From: Octopus vulgaris
Lineage: Eukaryota
DNA: 64,000 nt
Direction: 5' to 3'
Assembly: GCA_951406725.2 (NCBI GenBank)
Contig: OX597829.1
Coordinates: 1,922,001 to 1,986,000, forward strand
This document shows positions 41,843 through 55,700 of this stretch, one piece after another. Position 1 is the stretch's first letter. Every line of letters starts with the position of its first letter. The notes beneath the pieces were generated by a model. That model was not told where the DNA came from. It did no database searches and saw only the letters and a list, made by a program, of their open reading frames with translations. The position numbers and the translations under genes were made by a program.

Positions 41843-42405
41843 ATTTTTTTAATTACCCACAAGGGGTCAACAAAGAGGAGGCAATACAATCTAATTTTGG
41901 GGTCAGATGAGTGAATGATTATACAAAAAAGAAGACATTAAAAATTTTACAAAAATAAGAAAATATAATAAAATCGAATGATAAGACAGACCAGAAGACA
42001 TTACAGATGGAGTGGGGGTGCGGGTTAATTCGGACCCCACGAGCCCCGCCTCGCCACTGATACCTGAGTTACATCCTGTGTCGCATTCATGAGGTTCCAT
42101 CCACACGCAACACCCGTACTACATTCTTCCATCGGTCTTCAAACATTTTCTCTCTAGCCCTATTTTCCTCTTAAGGTGAAAGGTGAAGTAATTCACGAAT
42201 TCGGGGCCAGAGATGAAATTGCCTGACTCTAGCCCTTTCAGTCTTGTCTTCCAAATTACCTCTCTCGCAATTGCTACTACAATGGGAAAACAATTCTTAC
42301 CTTCTTTCGAGAGGAAATCCGGTGGGTCAATTTTTACAATAGTCTCAGTCGACAGCTGTACTCTTCCTGCATTTGACAACAGTTGTTCAGCATAAACCCA
42401 CACAT
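41843..42405 (-). pseudogene. L1/Tx1-like LINE ORF2 C-terminus and 3' UTR
   Basis: WVYAEQLL..VAIAREVIWKTR resembles the post-zinc-finger W...IW..R segment of Tx1/L1 ORF2; ends in stem-loop plus A-rich tail. Confidence 0.65.
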
Positions 42406-42854
42406 CTCATCGAACGTGTTGTACATGTTATTCAAAAGCTTAGACTTGTAACGCGCAACAACGTTGAATCTGCTTGAGGAATAGGCTGAGCACAAATATC
42501 AGAGGAACATTCATCAATGATATTATCATGCAACGTACACTGCAGGTGTAATTTCAAGCGTTAAACCTTACAAAGTGCACTATCACAGTATGTTTTACCT
42601 TTAGCGTTTAGATTTTTCTATCAAGTGTAATGCTTATTCATTCATAATGCTTAAAATTTATCACGCATTATCTTGTAGCTTTGAGATTTCAACGTTGTGA
42701 TTGCTTATCTTTTAGAATGACATTGTAGGGTAGATGTGAGAGACCTGATCTGGCCAGTTTGAACTTAAAACAGGTAGAATATTTGGGCCGGTTATGGTCG
42801 GTTTGAACAGTACAAGTACCTGTAGAATAATCAGTCTCTTACATTATATTATAT

Positions 42855-43086
42855 ATTTCTTTACTACCCACAAGGGGCTAAACACAGAGGAGACAAACAG
42901 GGACAGACAAAGGGATTAAGTCGATTACATCGACCCCAGTGAGTAACTGGTCCTTAATTTATCGATCCCGAAAGGATGAAAGGTAAAGTCTACTTCAGCG
43001 GAATTTGAACTCAGAACGTAACAGCAGACGAAATACGGCTGCGCATTTCGCCCGGCGTGCTAACGTTTCTGCCAACTCGCCGCCTT
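42855..43086 (-). mobile_element. SINE family B, full length
   Basis: TSD ttacattatatta. Confidence 0.92.
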
Positions 43087-43423
43087 ACTTACATTATATT
43101 ACCTGTTAGTCGAAAATTCAACTTTATTTCATGCATTGTTACGTACAATGTACGCGACACAGCGTATATACACCTCACCTGTATAATTGTCGGTGGAATG
43201 CCCAATCGTCTCTGTGCATATATAGTTATTGAACATTGGGTGTACGTGCAGATATGCGTATGCATATTACATACCAAAACTCATACACATATATCTACAA
43301 ATATGTATATATGCTTAGACACACACACACACACGCATGCATACGCTCACACACACGCATGCATGCGCTCACACACACATACACACACATATATACACAC
43401 ATATATACACACATATAGATAGA

Positions 43424-43454
<31 letters not shown>

Positions 43455-43462
43455 GCAGACAC

Positions 43463-43605
<143 letters not shown>

Positions 43606-43624
43606 TACATAGATATTTTTTCCA

Positions 43625-43910
43625 AAAAGCGACACCAGCTCAACCACTCAATGGAACTATTCTGAATGTCCACAAGAGGCATTCCGGAAAATCGCGGATA
43701 CGGACGAGCCCCACAAAGAAGCAATTCTAGAAATACCAGACTTCATGACAATCTGTGCGGCAAGCGAGCCGTAAAATAGGAATTTCAGAACCAAGTGCCC
43801 ATCGCAGTTTGTTGCGCTGTCATTGGAAAACTTACGTTATTCCAAGTATTGGACATGCTCTTAATGAAGATGATCCGCACGGGAGCGTGAAGCTTTACGG
43901 TCAGTGGACA
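43625..43910 (+). pseudogene. Tc1/mariner transposase HTH fragment
   Basis: SVRQASRKIGISEPSAHRSL..HWKTY..HALNEDD. Confidence 0.65.
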
Positions 43911-43985
43911 AACGAAAGAAACATCACTCAACACAATTAATAGAAGTTAACATGTATTATAATTTAAAACACAAACACACGCACG

Positions 43986-44030
<45 letters not shown>

Positions 44031-44037
44031 ATATATC

Positions 44038-44272
44038 TATTTCCTTACTACCCACAAGGGGCTAAACACAGAGAGGTCAAACAAGGACAAACAAAGGGAT
44101 TAAGTCGATTATATCGACCCTAGTGCGTAACTGGTACTTAATTTTATCGATCCCGAAAGGATGAAAGGCAAAGGCGACCTCGGTTGAATTTGAACTCAGA
44201 ATGTAACGGCAGATGAAATACGGCTCCGCATTTCGCCCGGCGTGCTAACGTTTCTGCCAGCTCGCTGCCTTA
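44038..44272 (-). mobile_element. SINE family B, full length
   Basis: Matches family B. Confidence 0.92.
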
Positions 44273-44466
44273 TACACGCGTAATATCACCTGACGCGTGG
44301 TACACCACGTACCTGTCAGACAATCTTGATTTGATGAAGAGAGGGAGCTAATGTGCGGCACGAAAATTTGATCCCTGCAAGCAAACCATTTTTACAGGTT
44401 GTTCGGCAGGAGCTGAACGCTCAAATATCGCCTTCGACGCGGGGGAGGGGAGTCCATCATATACAT

Positions 44467-44618
44467 ATGGCTATGTGGTAAGAAGCTTGCTTCCTAACCG
44501 CATGGTTCCGAGTTCAGTCCGTCTTCGTAGCACCTTGGGTTAGTGTCTTATACTAAAATCTCGGGCCTCCAAAGCCTTATGATTAAATTTGGTGGACGGA
44601 AACTGAAAGAAGCTCGTC

Positions 44619-44674
<56 letters not shown>

Positions 44675-44965
44675 GGGGGGTGAGTGTGTGCGTCTATCTG
44701 TTTGTCTGCCTATCTGTGTATGTTTCTATGTTTATATGTATATATCTATTTGTGCATGCCTTTATGTCTGTTTCTCTCTCATTAGCGCTTGACAAACGGT
44801 GTTGTGTTTAGGTCTCCGTAACTTGGCAGTTCGGCAAAAGAGACCAATAGAATAAGTACTAGGCTTTTAAAAAAGAAGTACTGGGGTCGATTCGTTCGAC
44901 TAAAATTCTGGAGGCGGTACCCCAGCATGGCCGCAGTCAAATGACTGAAACAAGTAAAAGATAAC
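44467..44965 (+). mobile_element. SINE family A, full length
   Basis: A/B boxes, expanded internal TA/TG tract, tail. Confidence 0.88.
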
Positions 44966-44973
44966 AGAAAATC

Positions 44974-45224
<251 letters not shown>

Positions 45225-45251
45225 ACACACACGCACAATATAAATATACAT

Positions 45252-45985
45252 ATGGTGGTTGTCTACTCCTTATGCAGTGTCTGACTACCCTTTATACCTA
45301 CACTTTAGATCCACCATAGTATCTGATGTGGCTTTTAAAACAAGACAATGTATTGAAAAGACATCCGCATAGATTGCATATCCGATTTGGACCACCAAGA
45401 GTTGCAGTTAAGTTCTGATCTTTGTGTATCTTAAAATGTCTTTTGAAGCCTCCGTTAGATTTGTAGACCATATGGTATACACGGTATTGAAAGGTGTGCA
45501 CAGATATCTGGGCAGAATAGTTGGTGGTGGTTCATTTTTCATGGGTCCATAAATGAGATTTGAACCCAGCAAAAGAAAGGCATGGTCTGTCACAAACTAT
45601 GCACACAAAAAGGTCACTGAGATTCATCTTTTCCATCACATTCTTCTTTAAATCTCTCTTGAGTCCTGGCCTCTTCAAGCGCTTTCACTCCACTCCACAC
45701 TTTTGTTCGTCATCCAGCTCGATCCGAAGCAAGGGTTTCTATGTCCTGTAGACCCTTTCTAAGTGGCTTTATGGTAGTCCTTATGCCGTCCTTGAACCAT
45801 TTTTTAGGCTTACACCGATAGCGTTTCCCTTCTGCAAGCTTGCCATAAAACAGCCGTTTGGGTATGCGTTCATCCGCCATTCGAACAATATAGTCAGACC
45901 ATCTCATTTGTTGTTTTAGAATCATTACTTTAATTGAAATGATGCCTGCAGACGCAAGGTCATATGTATTTGGAGTAAAATATTT
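45252..45985 (-). pseudogene. RTE (BovB-like) LINE 3' fragment
   Basis: QMRWSDYIVRMADERIPKRLFYGKL..KPKKWFKD..LASDR and C-terminal CNLCG..FKSHIR finger; decayed. Confidence 0.88.
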
Positions 45986-46019
45986 GGAGGAAAATCAGTC
46001 AATAGATTATATACTATTC

Positions 46020-46328
46020 ATATAAATACAGTGTACATTTAAACACATAAGAGGTATCCGTCATATGTTTCCTGGCACTCTAGAAGGAATAGCCAAAATC
46101 CAAACCACTATTAGGCATAATCTTCGAAGGGAATGAAAAATAGAAACATTTACCATCTATCTCCTAAGATTGAGATATATGGTAAGGAGATAGATGGTAA
46201 ATGTTTTTAGTTTTCATTCCCTTCGAAATTTATCCCTAATAGTGGTTTGGATTTTGGCTATTCCTTCCAGTGTGCCAGAAATCCTAGGATGGATACCTCA
46301 TGTGTTTAAATGTACACTACATTTATAT
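46020..46328. repeat. Imperfect ~145-bp-arm palindrome
   Basis: Arms 46020-46165 and 46185-46328, several mismatches and indels. Confidence 0.9.
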
Positions 46329-46602
46329 ATATATATATATATAAGAATGAGTGCTTGCGTGGGCGCGTCTGTGTGTTTTAAAAGAGAGGTTAGAAGTATT
46401 ACCTCTGACCTACGTTGGTCATACACTTGCAATGATGATATTGATGTGATTGTTGCATAAACTAGTCTCCTTGAGATTCAGTCTGATTAAGTAATACTAT
46501 AATAAAAGGCTTTATGGCCGTGACCATCTTTGTCTATTACTAATGGAAAAAAAAACTTATAATAATCTATATCAGTAGCGACACCTGCTGGTTCTGACTA
46601 CG

Positions 46603-46643
46603 CTGCATTGATAAAGGGCAACAACCCTGAAACATGTTTGCAG
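46603..46643 (+). ncRNA. Minimal type I hammerhead, U3-A8 variant, second copy
   Basis: ctgca-TTGATAA-aggg(caacaa)ccct-GAAAC-at-GTT-tgcag; ~50 nt downstream identical to the 41320 copy. Confidence 0.72.
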
Positions 46644-46811
46644 ATGTCTGACTAGCAAGGTGAAGCGGCTGACCTCCCCTGTTCGAAGTATTGGTGCTAT
46701 TTAACTTCTGATCAATCCTGGTCCAAAACAGACTTGTGAGCAAAAAGCGGTATTCCAAATGTGACCATTGCATTTTTTATTTGATATATTTTATCTCTGG
46801 TTATAATTTTC

Positions 46812-47250
46812 GGATCCTTTCGGTTTGAACGGCAGTTTTTTCTAGCGGTGTCATATGAAATTGTCACCCATAATTATGACCCTAGAATCGATCTATTGCA
46901 TTTCAATCCCTTTTAGGGTTAGGGTTAATTAGGGTTAGTTAGGGTTAGGGGTGGGGGGAAGGGTATCTTTTTTTCTTCACAAATGTAAATAAACCCAATC
47001 TGTTTCTTAAACGAGGGACATATTCATACGGCACAGAATGCTTTTTACCTCAATAGACTTCATTGATTGGTTGAAATTGCAGAAATTGAAGAGAAAAAAA
47101 CAACAAATATCTTACAAACTATAGAATTTTCTGAATAAAGCCAAGAGAAAAAGATGTTTTATAAACACATTCTACCAGAATACGAAGTTTAAAATTTTTT
47201 TAGTTACCTAGAAATTATGCTAAAAACTGCCGTTCAAACCGAAAAGATCC
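46812..47250. mobile_element. MITE family D (opposite orientation) with TTAGGG run
   Basis: Both TIRs present; ttaggg repeats at 46913-46950. Confidence 0.9.
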
Positions 47251-47758
47251 CAGCATTGTAATTTAGGAAAAATTTAACTGTTGTTTCTAACAGATCGATC
47301 GACTATTTAGAGGCTTCCCTGTTTGGTTCATTAATCAGAGATAGTTTGTAAGCGGACAAATCAAAACCTGTATGTACGTATGTATATACGTATGTACGTA
47401 TATATATGTACGTGTCTGTGTATATATGTGCGTGTTGCTGTGTGTAGATCTCCTGTGACACGACACCATATACAATGTCATTAATTTGGAATCCGATTAT
47501 ATGTAGCCACTCCCCCCACGCACACCCCAACCCCACTTACCTATATTCTCTTCCCCCCTCTACCCGCAGGATTCTAAACATTGTTTTGTTACACACCTGA
47601 CCCTCGACAGCACCTACTGAACTTTTAAGGACAGCAGATAGGTTACGATCAAATACGTACATATATTCATATTAGTACATGCACACACGCACGCACACAC
47701 AGAGACACACACATATGGATATATGTGTGTACGTGTGTATATTGATGGATGGATGGAT

Positions 47759-47816
<58 letters not shown>

Positions 47817-48411
47817 GTATGTATATATGTATGTATGTATATATATATGTATGTATATATATATGTATGTATATATATATGTATGTATATATATATGTAT
47901 GTATATATATATGTATGTATATATGTATGTATATATATATGTATGTATATATATATGTATGTATATATATATGTATGTATATATATATGTATGTATATAT
48001 ATTGTTATATTTCGGAATGGTCATATTTAAACGTACTATGTATATATATATGTATGTATATATGTATGTATATATATATGTATATATATATATATGTGTA
48101 TATGTATACACGGAGTAGACGAAGGGGAATATTCCAAATGTTGTATGTCTTGTGCTCTGTTTTTTCGTTCTTTGAAAAAATGTCCGTTTCCATGGTTTTA
48201 TTTTTATGCTTTCGTTTCTCATTGTGTTCGACGTTTTTTTGTTTTTTTTTTGCTGTCCCCTACCCAAATATGCATGTATATATACATATAGATGTAGGTA
48301 CGTACATATATGTATGTATATATGCATATATTTTATTTATTATTTTGTTATTATATATATGTGTGTGTGTCTGTGTGTCTGTGTGTGTCTGTGTGTGTCT
48401 GTGTGTGTGGG

Positions 48412-48487
<76 letters not shown>

Positions 48488-48720
48488 CGTTTAGACATTT
48501 AGCGGAAGCCTATCCCAAACCTGACCACCACAGTCGATTTCTTCCAGGAGGAGAGAGTTACCGGCAGAGGGAAAGAGTTAGAGAAAGAGAAGACTGGTCC
48601 CTTATTTATCGAACACGAAAGATTGCAAAGCAAACTGACATCGATGGGATTTGAACTCAAAGTGCAGAGAGCTGCAACGACTTACCGTAAAGCAATCTAG
48701 TCCACGCCTTAACGACTCTG

Positions 48721-48796
<76 letters not shown>

Positions 48797-48860
48797 TCTC
48801 TATCTTTCTCTTTCTTTATCTCTCTCTTTCTCTCCCTCTCTCTCTTTCTCTCTCTTTCTT

Positions 48861-48891
<31 letters not shown>

Positions 48892-49123
48892 TTCTCTCTC
48901 TCTTTTCTCTCTCTCTTTCTCTCTCTCTCTTTCTCTCTCTCTCTTTCTCTCTCTCTCTTTCTCTCTCTCCACGTACTTTCTTACCACTCACTCTCTTTCT
49001 CCCTCATTCCCCTTATACAAGCATATGTATATAGATATATAATATATATATATATATATATGTAATGTATATATATGTGTGTTTATATATATATGTGTAA
49101 TTATATATATATATATATATGTA

Positions 49124-49184
<61 letters not shown>

Positions 49185-49612
49185 GTGTGTGTAAACAATT
49201 ATATACGTGTATTTGCGCACACACAGGCAGGCAGGCAGGCACACACGCTTATACCTCACGAACAACAGAGAGTATTAAGAAAAAGGAGCGGCGTTAATTA
49301 ATCCAGCTGAAATTTGCAAATACACTTAATGACGTCACCGTGCGTGTGTACTGTTATCAAACAGCATCACGTCTATTGCACTTCTTAATTAATTTATCTA
49401 TATGTGTTGCTATTCCAACAATGATTGATTATGTTTAATTAAAATGTAACGGTTGGATAATGGGCATTGGGAACCCATTTCGGTTTAATCTCGTTATCTG
49501 GGAAATTGATGAAATAGAAGAAACGTTTCCCACACAAACTGCTGCTGGCTGGCTGATGCGAGTTCAAATACGGCTGAGTTACTTTACGTTCCATCCTTCC
49601 AGGGTTGATATA

Positions 49613-49825
49613 TACTCTTTTTACTCTTTTACTTGTCTCGGTCATTTGACTGCGGCCATGCTGGAGCACCGCCTTTAGTCGAGCAACTCGACCCCTGGAC
49701 TTATTCTTTTGTAAGCCCAGTACTTATTCTATCGGTCGCTTTTGCCGAACCGCTAAGTGACGGGGACGTAAACACGCCAGCATCGGTTGTCAAGCAATGC
49801 TAGGGGGACAAACACAGACACACAA

Positions 49826-49862
<37 letters not shown>

Positions 49863-50028
49863 CATACATACGACAGGCTTCTTTCAGTTTCCGTCTACCA
49901 AATCCACTCACAAGGCTTTGGTCGGCCCGAGGCTATAGCAGAAGACACTTGCCCAAGGTGCCACGCAGTGGGACTGAACCCGGAACCATGTGGTTGGTAA
50001 ACAAGCTACTTACCACACAGCCACTCCT
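49613..50028 (-). mobile_element. SINE family A, full length
   Basis: Close to family consensus. Confidence 0.93.
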
Positions 50029-50382
50029 AGAAAACTATTTAAGCACTGAGGCTGATTTAACTAATTTCAATATTTCACTTGTACATTTTCTAAAGAAATA
50101 CTACTTACTTATATTAATTAGGATGCGTTATAGAAATATTAATTCTTTTCCCAGAACTTGATAAATTCTTAAATTTTCTCGACATCGGAAGAATAGGATG
50201 TGAAACTGAAACAGGCACAATTTGAAATCAGAATGAAAACGGCCGCAGCTGATTGTCACAGACGATTTCCTTGATCTTCCGGCAAATCTACCTGTCTAAT
50301 AAGTGTGCAGCACTTAGTTGTTTTATCGTATCGAAATGAGCACTACATGACGTCTATGCAGTATTTAATAACAGAACTAATA

Positions 50383-50807
50383 GGATCTTTTCGGTTTCAC
50401 CGGCAGTTTTTTAAAATAATTTCCACATAACTAAACACTTTTAAACTTCGTACACTGGTAGAATGTGTTTATAAAACATCTTTTTCTCTTGGCTTTATTG
50501 AGAAAATTCTATGGTTTGTAAGATATTTGTTGGGTTTCTTTTCTTCAATTTCTGCAATTTCAACCAATCAATGACGTCTATTGAGGTGAAAATATTCTGT
50601 GCCGTATGAAAATGTCCCTCGTTTAAGAAACAGATTGGGTTTATATACATTTGTGAAGAAAAAAAGATACCCTTCCCTCCACCCCTAACTCTCACCCTAA
50701 CCCTAAAACAGATTGAAATGCAATAGATGGATACTAGGGTCATAATTATGGGTGACAATTTCATATGACACCGCTAGAAAAAACTGCCGTTCAAACCGAA
50801 AAGATCC
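50383..50807. mobile_element. MITE family D
   Basis: TIRs; 9-bp TSD gaactaata/ggactaata. Confidence 0.92.
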
Positions 50808-51044
50808 GGACTAATATTCTAAAATTACTCTACAGGCTCTACGTAAAAGTGTCTTGTAATGGAGTTACTCTATGGAAACTACTCTATAGAAATCACTCTA
50901 CATGGTATATACGCAGTACCTCTTGGTGATGTTATTCTATTGAAATTGCTCAACATGGTGTGTAGGCAATATTTTTAGTGTTATTCTACTCGATATACTC
51001 TACGTCCGTCGAACAAGCAAAGTAGATACATTTTATTTTACCCT

Positions 51045-51423
51045 TTTTTACTTGTTTCAGTCATGTGACCGCGGCCATGTAAGAGCACCGCCTTTAGTCG
51101 AGCAAATCGACCCCAGGACTTATTCTTTGTAAGCCTAATACTTATTCTATCTATCCATTTTGCCGAACCGCTAAGTTACGGGGACGTAATCACACCAACA
51201 TCGGTTGTCAAGCGATGTTGGGGGGACAAACAGACACACAAATACACACACACATATATATACGACGAGCTTCTTTCAGTTTCCGTCTACCAAATCCACT
51301 CACAAGGCTTTAGTCGGCCCGAGGCTATAGAAGACACTTGCCCAAGGTGCCATGCAGTGGGACTGAACCCGGAACCATATGGTTGGTAAGCAAGCTACTT
51401 ACCACACAGCCACTCCTACGCCT
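51045..51423 (-). mobile_element. SINE family A, full length
   Basis: Matches family A. Confidence 0.93.
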
Positions 51424-51820
51424 ATGTGTGTTTGGCGCTGATTCCAATTCATATCTGAATTTATTCCTATATAATCATCTTCCAGGTATACCAGCAGATA
51501 ATCTTTACACTATCTTGCATGTAGTCGTAGATAGGCTTTTCAATTTGCCTCTGGTTCGGTTCAAGTACATGCTGTTAAGCCACAATAATGGCAAAACATT
51601 GAGGTTCATCGGTCCAGAATTGGACTTGGGGTGTGCTGTCTTGTGCGCGCGCGTATGTGTTAATCGGGGTGCATTTTGCGTAATATTTACTGCGTCTCAT
51701 ATTGTTTTCGTATCGGTAGTTATTTTCTTCTATATTATGTATATATTACCTAGCACCGAAGATATGTATAACGTTGCCAAATGTTATTAATATCTGAGGA
51801 GAGAGGATTAGTCAAATACC

Positions 51821-52052
51821 TATTTCTTTACTGCCCACAAGGGGCTAAACACAGAGGGGACAAACAAGGACAGACACACGGATTAAGTCGATTACATGGA
51901 CCCCAGTGCGTAACTGGTACTTATTTAATCGACCCGGAAGGGATGAAAGGCAGAGTCGACCTCGGCGGAATTTGAACTCGGAACGTAGCGGCAGACAAAA
52001 TACGGCTATGCATTTCGCCCGGCGTGCTAACATGTCTGCCAGCTCGCCGCCT
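51821..52052 (-). mobile_element. SINE family B, full length
   Basis: 15-bp TSD gattagtcaaata(c/t)c. Confidence 0.93.
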
Positions 52053-52229
52053 TGATTAGTCAAATATCATCGATTCCAGTACTTGACTGGTACTTCATTT
52101 TATCGACCCCGGATGTATAAAAGGCATTCACTAAATATGAGGCGGACCACCAGCGGCCACCAAGCCGTATTTCTCAGTCCAGAGATTGCTATTGTTATCG
52201 TTGTTGCTGTTGCTGCTGCTTCTGTTATT

Positions 52230-52606
52230 TAAGGTAGTACATGGTTGAGTATTTAAAGCGTCGACCAAAATGTTTAGTGCGATTTCTTCTTGTTCTTTGT
52301 TGTTCTGAGATCAAATGTTGCCGAGACCGAGCACGCCTTTCATCCTTTCGGGATCGATAAAACGAGTTACAGTCAAGTACTGAAGTCGAAGTAGTCGACT
52401 TTCTCCACCTCTAAATTGTTGGCCTTGCGTCAAAATCATAAAGCGTTCTGAGTTCAAATTCCGCCGAGGTTGACTTTGCCTTTCATCCTTTCGGCGTCGA
52501 TAAATTAAGTACCAGTTACGCACTGGGGTCGATGTAATCGTCTTAATCCCTTTGTCTGTCCTTGTTTGTCCTCTCTGTATTTAGCCCCTTGTGGGTAATA
52601 AAGAAA
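52230..52606 (+). mobile_element. Old SINE B variant followed by a 5'-truncated SINE B
   Basis: Two gcctttcatcctttcgg central domains in tandem. Confidence 0.8.
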
Positions 52607-52664
52607 AAATCATAAATCATTAAAATGAATCATCATCGTCGTAGTCAGTAGTAGTAGTAGCAGC

Positions 52665-52701
<37 letters not shown>

Positions 52702-52728
52702 TGTCCACTATTTAAAAGAGAAAGGCAT

Positions 52729-55700
52729 CAAATACATTGGCCCTAGATATGCTGTGTGTGTGTGTGAGTAATAGAGGGGATGGTCACAAATGGAATATAT
52801 TTGATCCAATACATTAGCCCTAGATATGCTGTGTGTATGTGTGTGAGTAATAGAAGGGATGGTCACAAATGGAATATATTTGATCCAATACATTAGCCCT
52901 AGATATGCTGTGTGTGTGTGTGAGTAATAGAAGGGATGGTCACAAATGGAATATATTTGATCCAATACATTAGCCCTAGATATGCTGTGTGTGTGTGTGT
53001 GTGAGTAATAGGAGGGATGGTCACAAATGGAATATATTTGATCCAATACATTAGCCCTAGATATGCTGTGTGTGTGTGTGTGAGTAATAGGAGGGATGGT
53101 CACAAATGGAATATATTTGATCCAATACATTAGCCCTAGATATGCTGTGTGTATGTGTGTGAGTAATAGAAGGGATGGTCACAAATGGAATATATTTGAT
53201 CCAATACATTAGCCCTAGATATGCTGTGTGTGTGTGTGAGTAATAGGAGGGATGGTCACAAATGGAATATATTTGATCCAATACATTAGCCCTAGATATG
53301 CTGTGTGTATGTGTGTGAGTAATAGGAGGGATGGTCACAAATGGAATATATTTGATCCAATACATTAGCCCTAGATATGCTGTGTATGTGTGTGAGTAAT
53401 AGAGGGGATGGTCACAAATGGAATATATTTGATCCAATACATTAGCCCTAGATATGCTGTGTGTGTGTGTGAGTAATAGAGGGGATGGTCACAAATGGAA
53501 TATATTTGATCCAATACATTAGCCCTAGATATGCTGTGTGTGTGTGTGTGAGTAATAGGAGGGATGGTCACAAATGGAATATATTTGATCCAATACATTA
53601 GCCCTAGATATGCTGTGTGTGTGTGTGAGTAATAGAGGGATGGTCACAAATGGAATATATTTGATCCAATACATTAGCCCTAGATATGCTGTGTGTGTGT
53701 GTGAGTAATAGAGGGGATGGTCACAAATGGAATATATTTGATCCAATACATTAGCCCTAGATATGCTGTGTGTATGTGTGTGAGTAATAGGAGGGATGGT
53801 CACAAATGGAATATATTTGATCCAATACATTAGCCCTAGATATGCTGTGTGTATGTGTGTGAGTAATAGAGGGGATGGTCACAAATGGAATATATTTGAT
53901 CCAATACATTAGCCCTAGATATGCTGTGTGTGTGTGTGTGTGAGTAATAGGAGGGATGGTCACAAATGGAATATATTTGATCCAATACATTAGCCCTAGA
54001 TATGCTGTGTGTGTGTGTGAGTAATAGAAGGGATGGTCACAAATGGAATATATTTGATCCAATACATTAGCCCTAGATATGCTGTGTGTATGTGTGTGAG
54101 TAATAGGAGGGATGGTCACAAATGGAATATATTTGATCCAATACATTAGCCCTAGATATGCTGTGTGTGTGTGAGTAATAGAGGGGATGGTCACAAATGG
54201 AATATATTTGATCCAATACATTAGCCCTAGATATGCTGTGTGTGTGTGTGAGTAATAGGAGGGATGGTCACAAATGGAATATATTTGATCCAATACATTA
54301 GCCCTAGATATGCTGTGTGTATGTGTGTGAGTAATAGGAGGGATGGTCACAAATGGAATATATTTGATCCAATACATTAGCCCTAGATATGCTGTGTGTG
54401 TGTGTGTGTGAGTAATAGGAGGGATGGTCACAAATGGAATATATTTGATCCAATACATTAGCCCTAGATATGCTGTGTGTGTGTGTGTGAGTAATAGAGG
54501 GGATGGTCACAAATGGAATATATTTGATCCAATACATTAGCCCTAGATATGCTGTGTGTGTGTGTGTGAGTAATAGGAGGGATGGTCACAAATGGAATAT
54601 ATTTGATCCAATACATTAGCCCTAGATATGCTGTGTGTGTGTGAGTAATAGCAGGGATGGTCACAAATGGAATATATTTGATCCAATACATTAGCCCTAG
54701 ATATGCTGTGTGTGTGTGTGAGTAATAGGAGGGATGGTCACAAATGGAATATATTTGATCCAATACATTAGCCCTAGATATGCTGTGTGTGTGTGTGAGT
54801 AATAGAGGGGATGGTCACAAATGGAATATATTTGATCCAATACATTAGCCCTAGATATGCTGTGTGTGTGTGTGTGAGTAATAGAGGGGATGGTCACAAA
54901 TGGAATATATTTGATCCAATACATTAGCCCTAGATATGCTGTGTGTGTGTGTGAGTAATAGGAGGGATGGTCACAAATGGAATATATTTGATCCAATACA
55001 TTAGCCCTAGATATGCTGTGTGTGTGTGTGAGTAATAGAGGGGATGGTCACAAATGGAATATATTTGATCCAATACATTAGCCCTAGATATGCTGTGTGT
55101 GTGTGTGAGTAATAGAGGGGATGGTCACAACTGGAATATATTTGATCCAATACATTAGCCCTAGATATGCTGTGTGTGTGTGTGAGTAATAGGAGGGATG
55201 GTCACAAATGGAATATATTTGATCCAATACATTAGCCCTAGATATGCTGTGTGTATGTGTGTGAGTAATAGGAGGGATGGTCACAAATGGAATATATTTG
55301 ATCCAATACATTAGCCCTAGATATGCTGTGTGTATGTGTGTGAGTAATAGAAGGGATGGTCACAAATGGAATATATTTGATCCAATACATTAGCCCTAGA
55401 TATGCTGTGTGTATGTGTGTGAGTAATAGAAGGGATGGTCACAAATGGAATATATTTGATCCAATACATTAGCCCTAGATATGCTGTGTGTGTGTGTGAG
55501 TAATAGGAGGGATGGTCACAAATGGAATATATTTGATCCAATACATTAGCCCTAGATATGCTGTGTGTGTGTGTGTCAGTAATAGAAGGGATGGTCACAA
55601 ATGGAATATATTTGATCCAATACATTAGCCCTAGATATGCTGTGTGTGTGTGTGAGTAATAGAAGGGATGGTCACAAATGGAATATATTTGATCCAATAC

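Noticed and set aside
42596-42812. piggyBac-like MITE remnant
   Set aside because: TIRs too decayed to demonstrate within this window
46913-46950. True telomere or chromosome-fusion scar
   Set aside because: Short and internal to a multi-copy MITE
50820-51005. Degenerate ttactcta repeats
   Set aside because: No consistent period or structure
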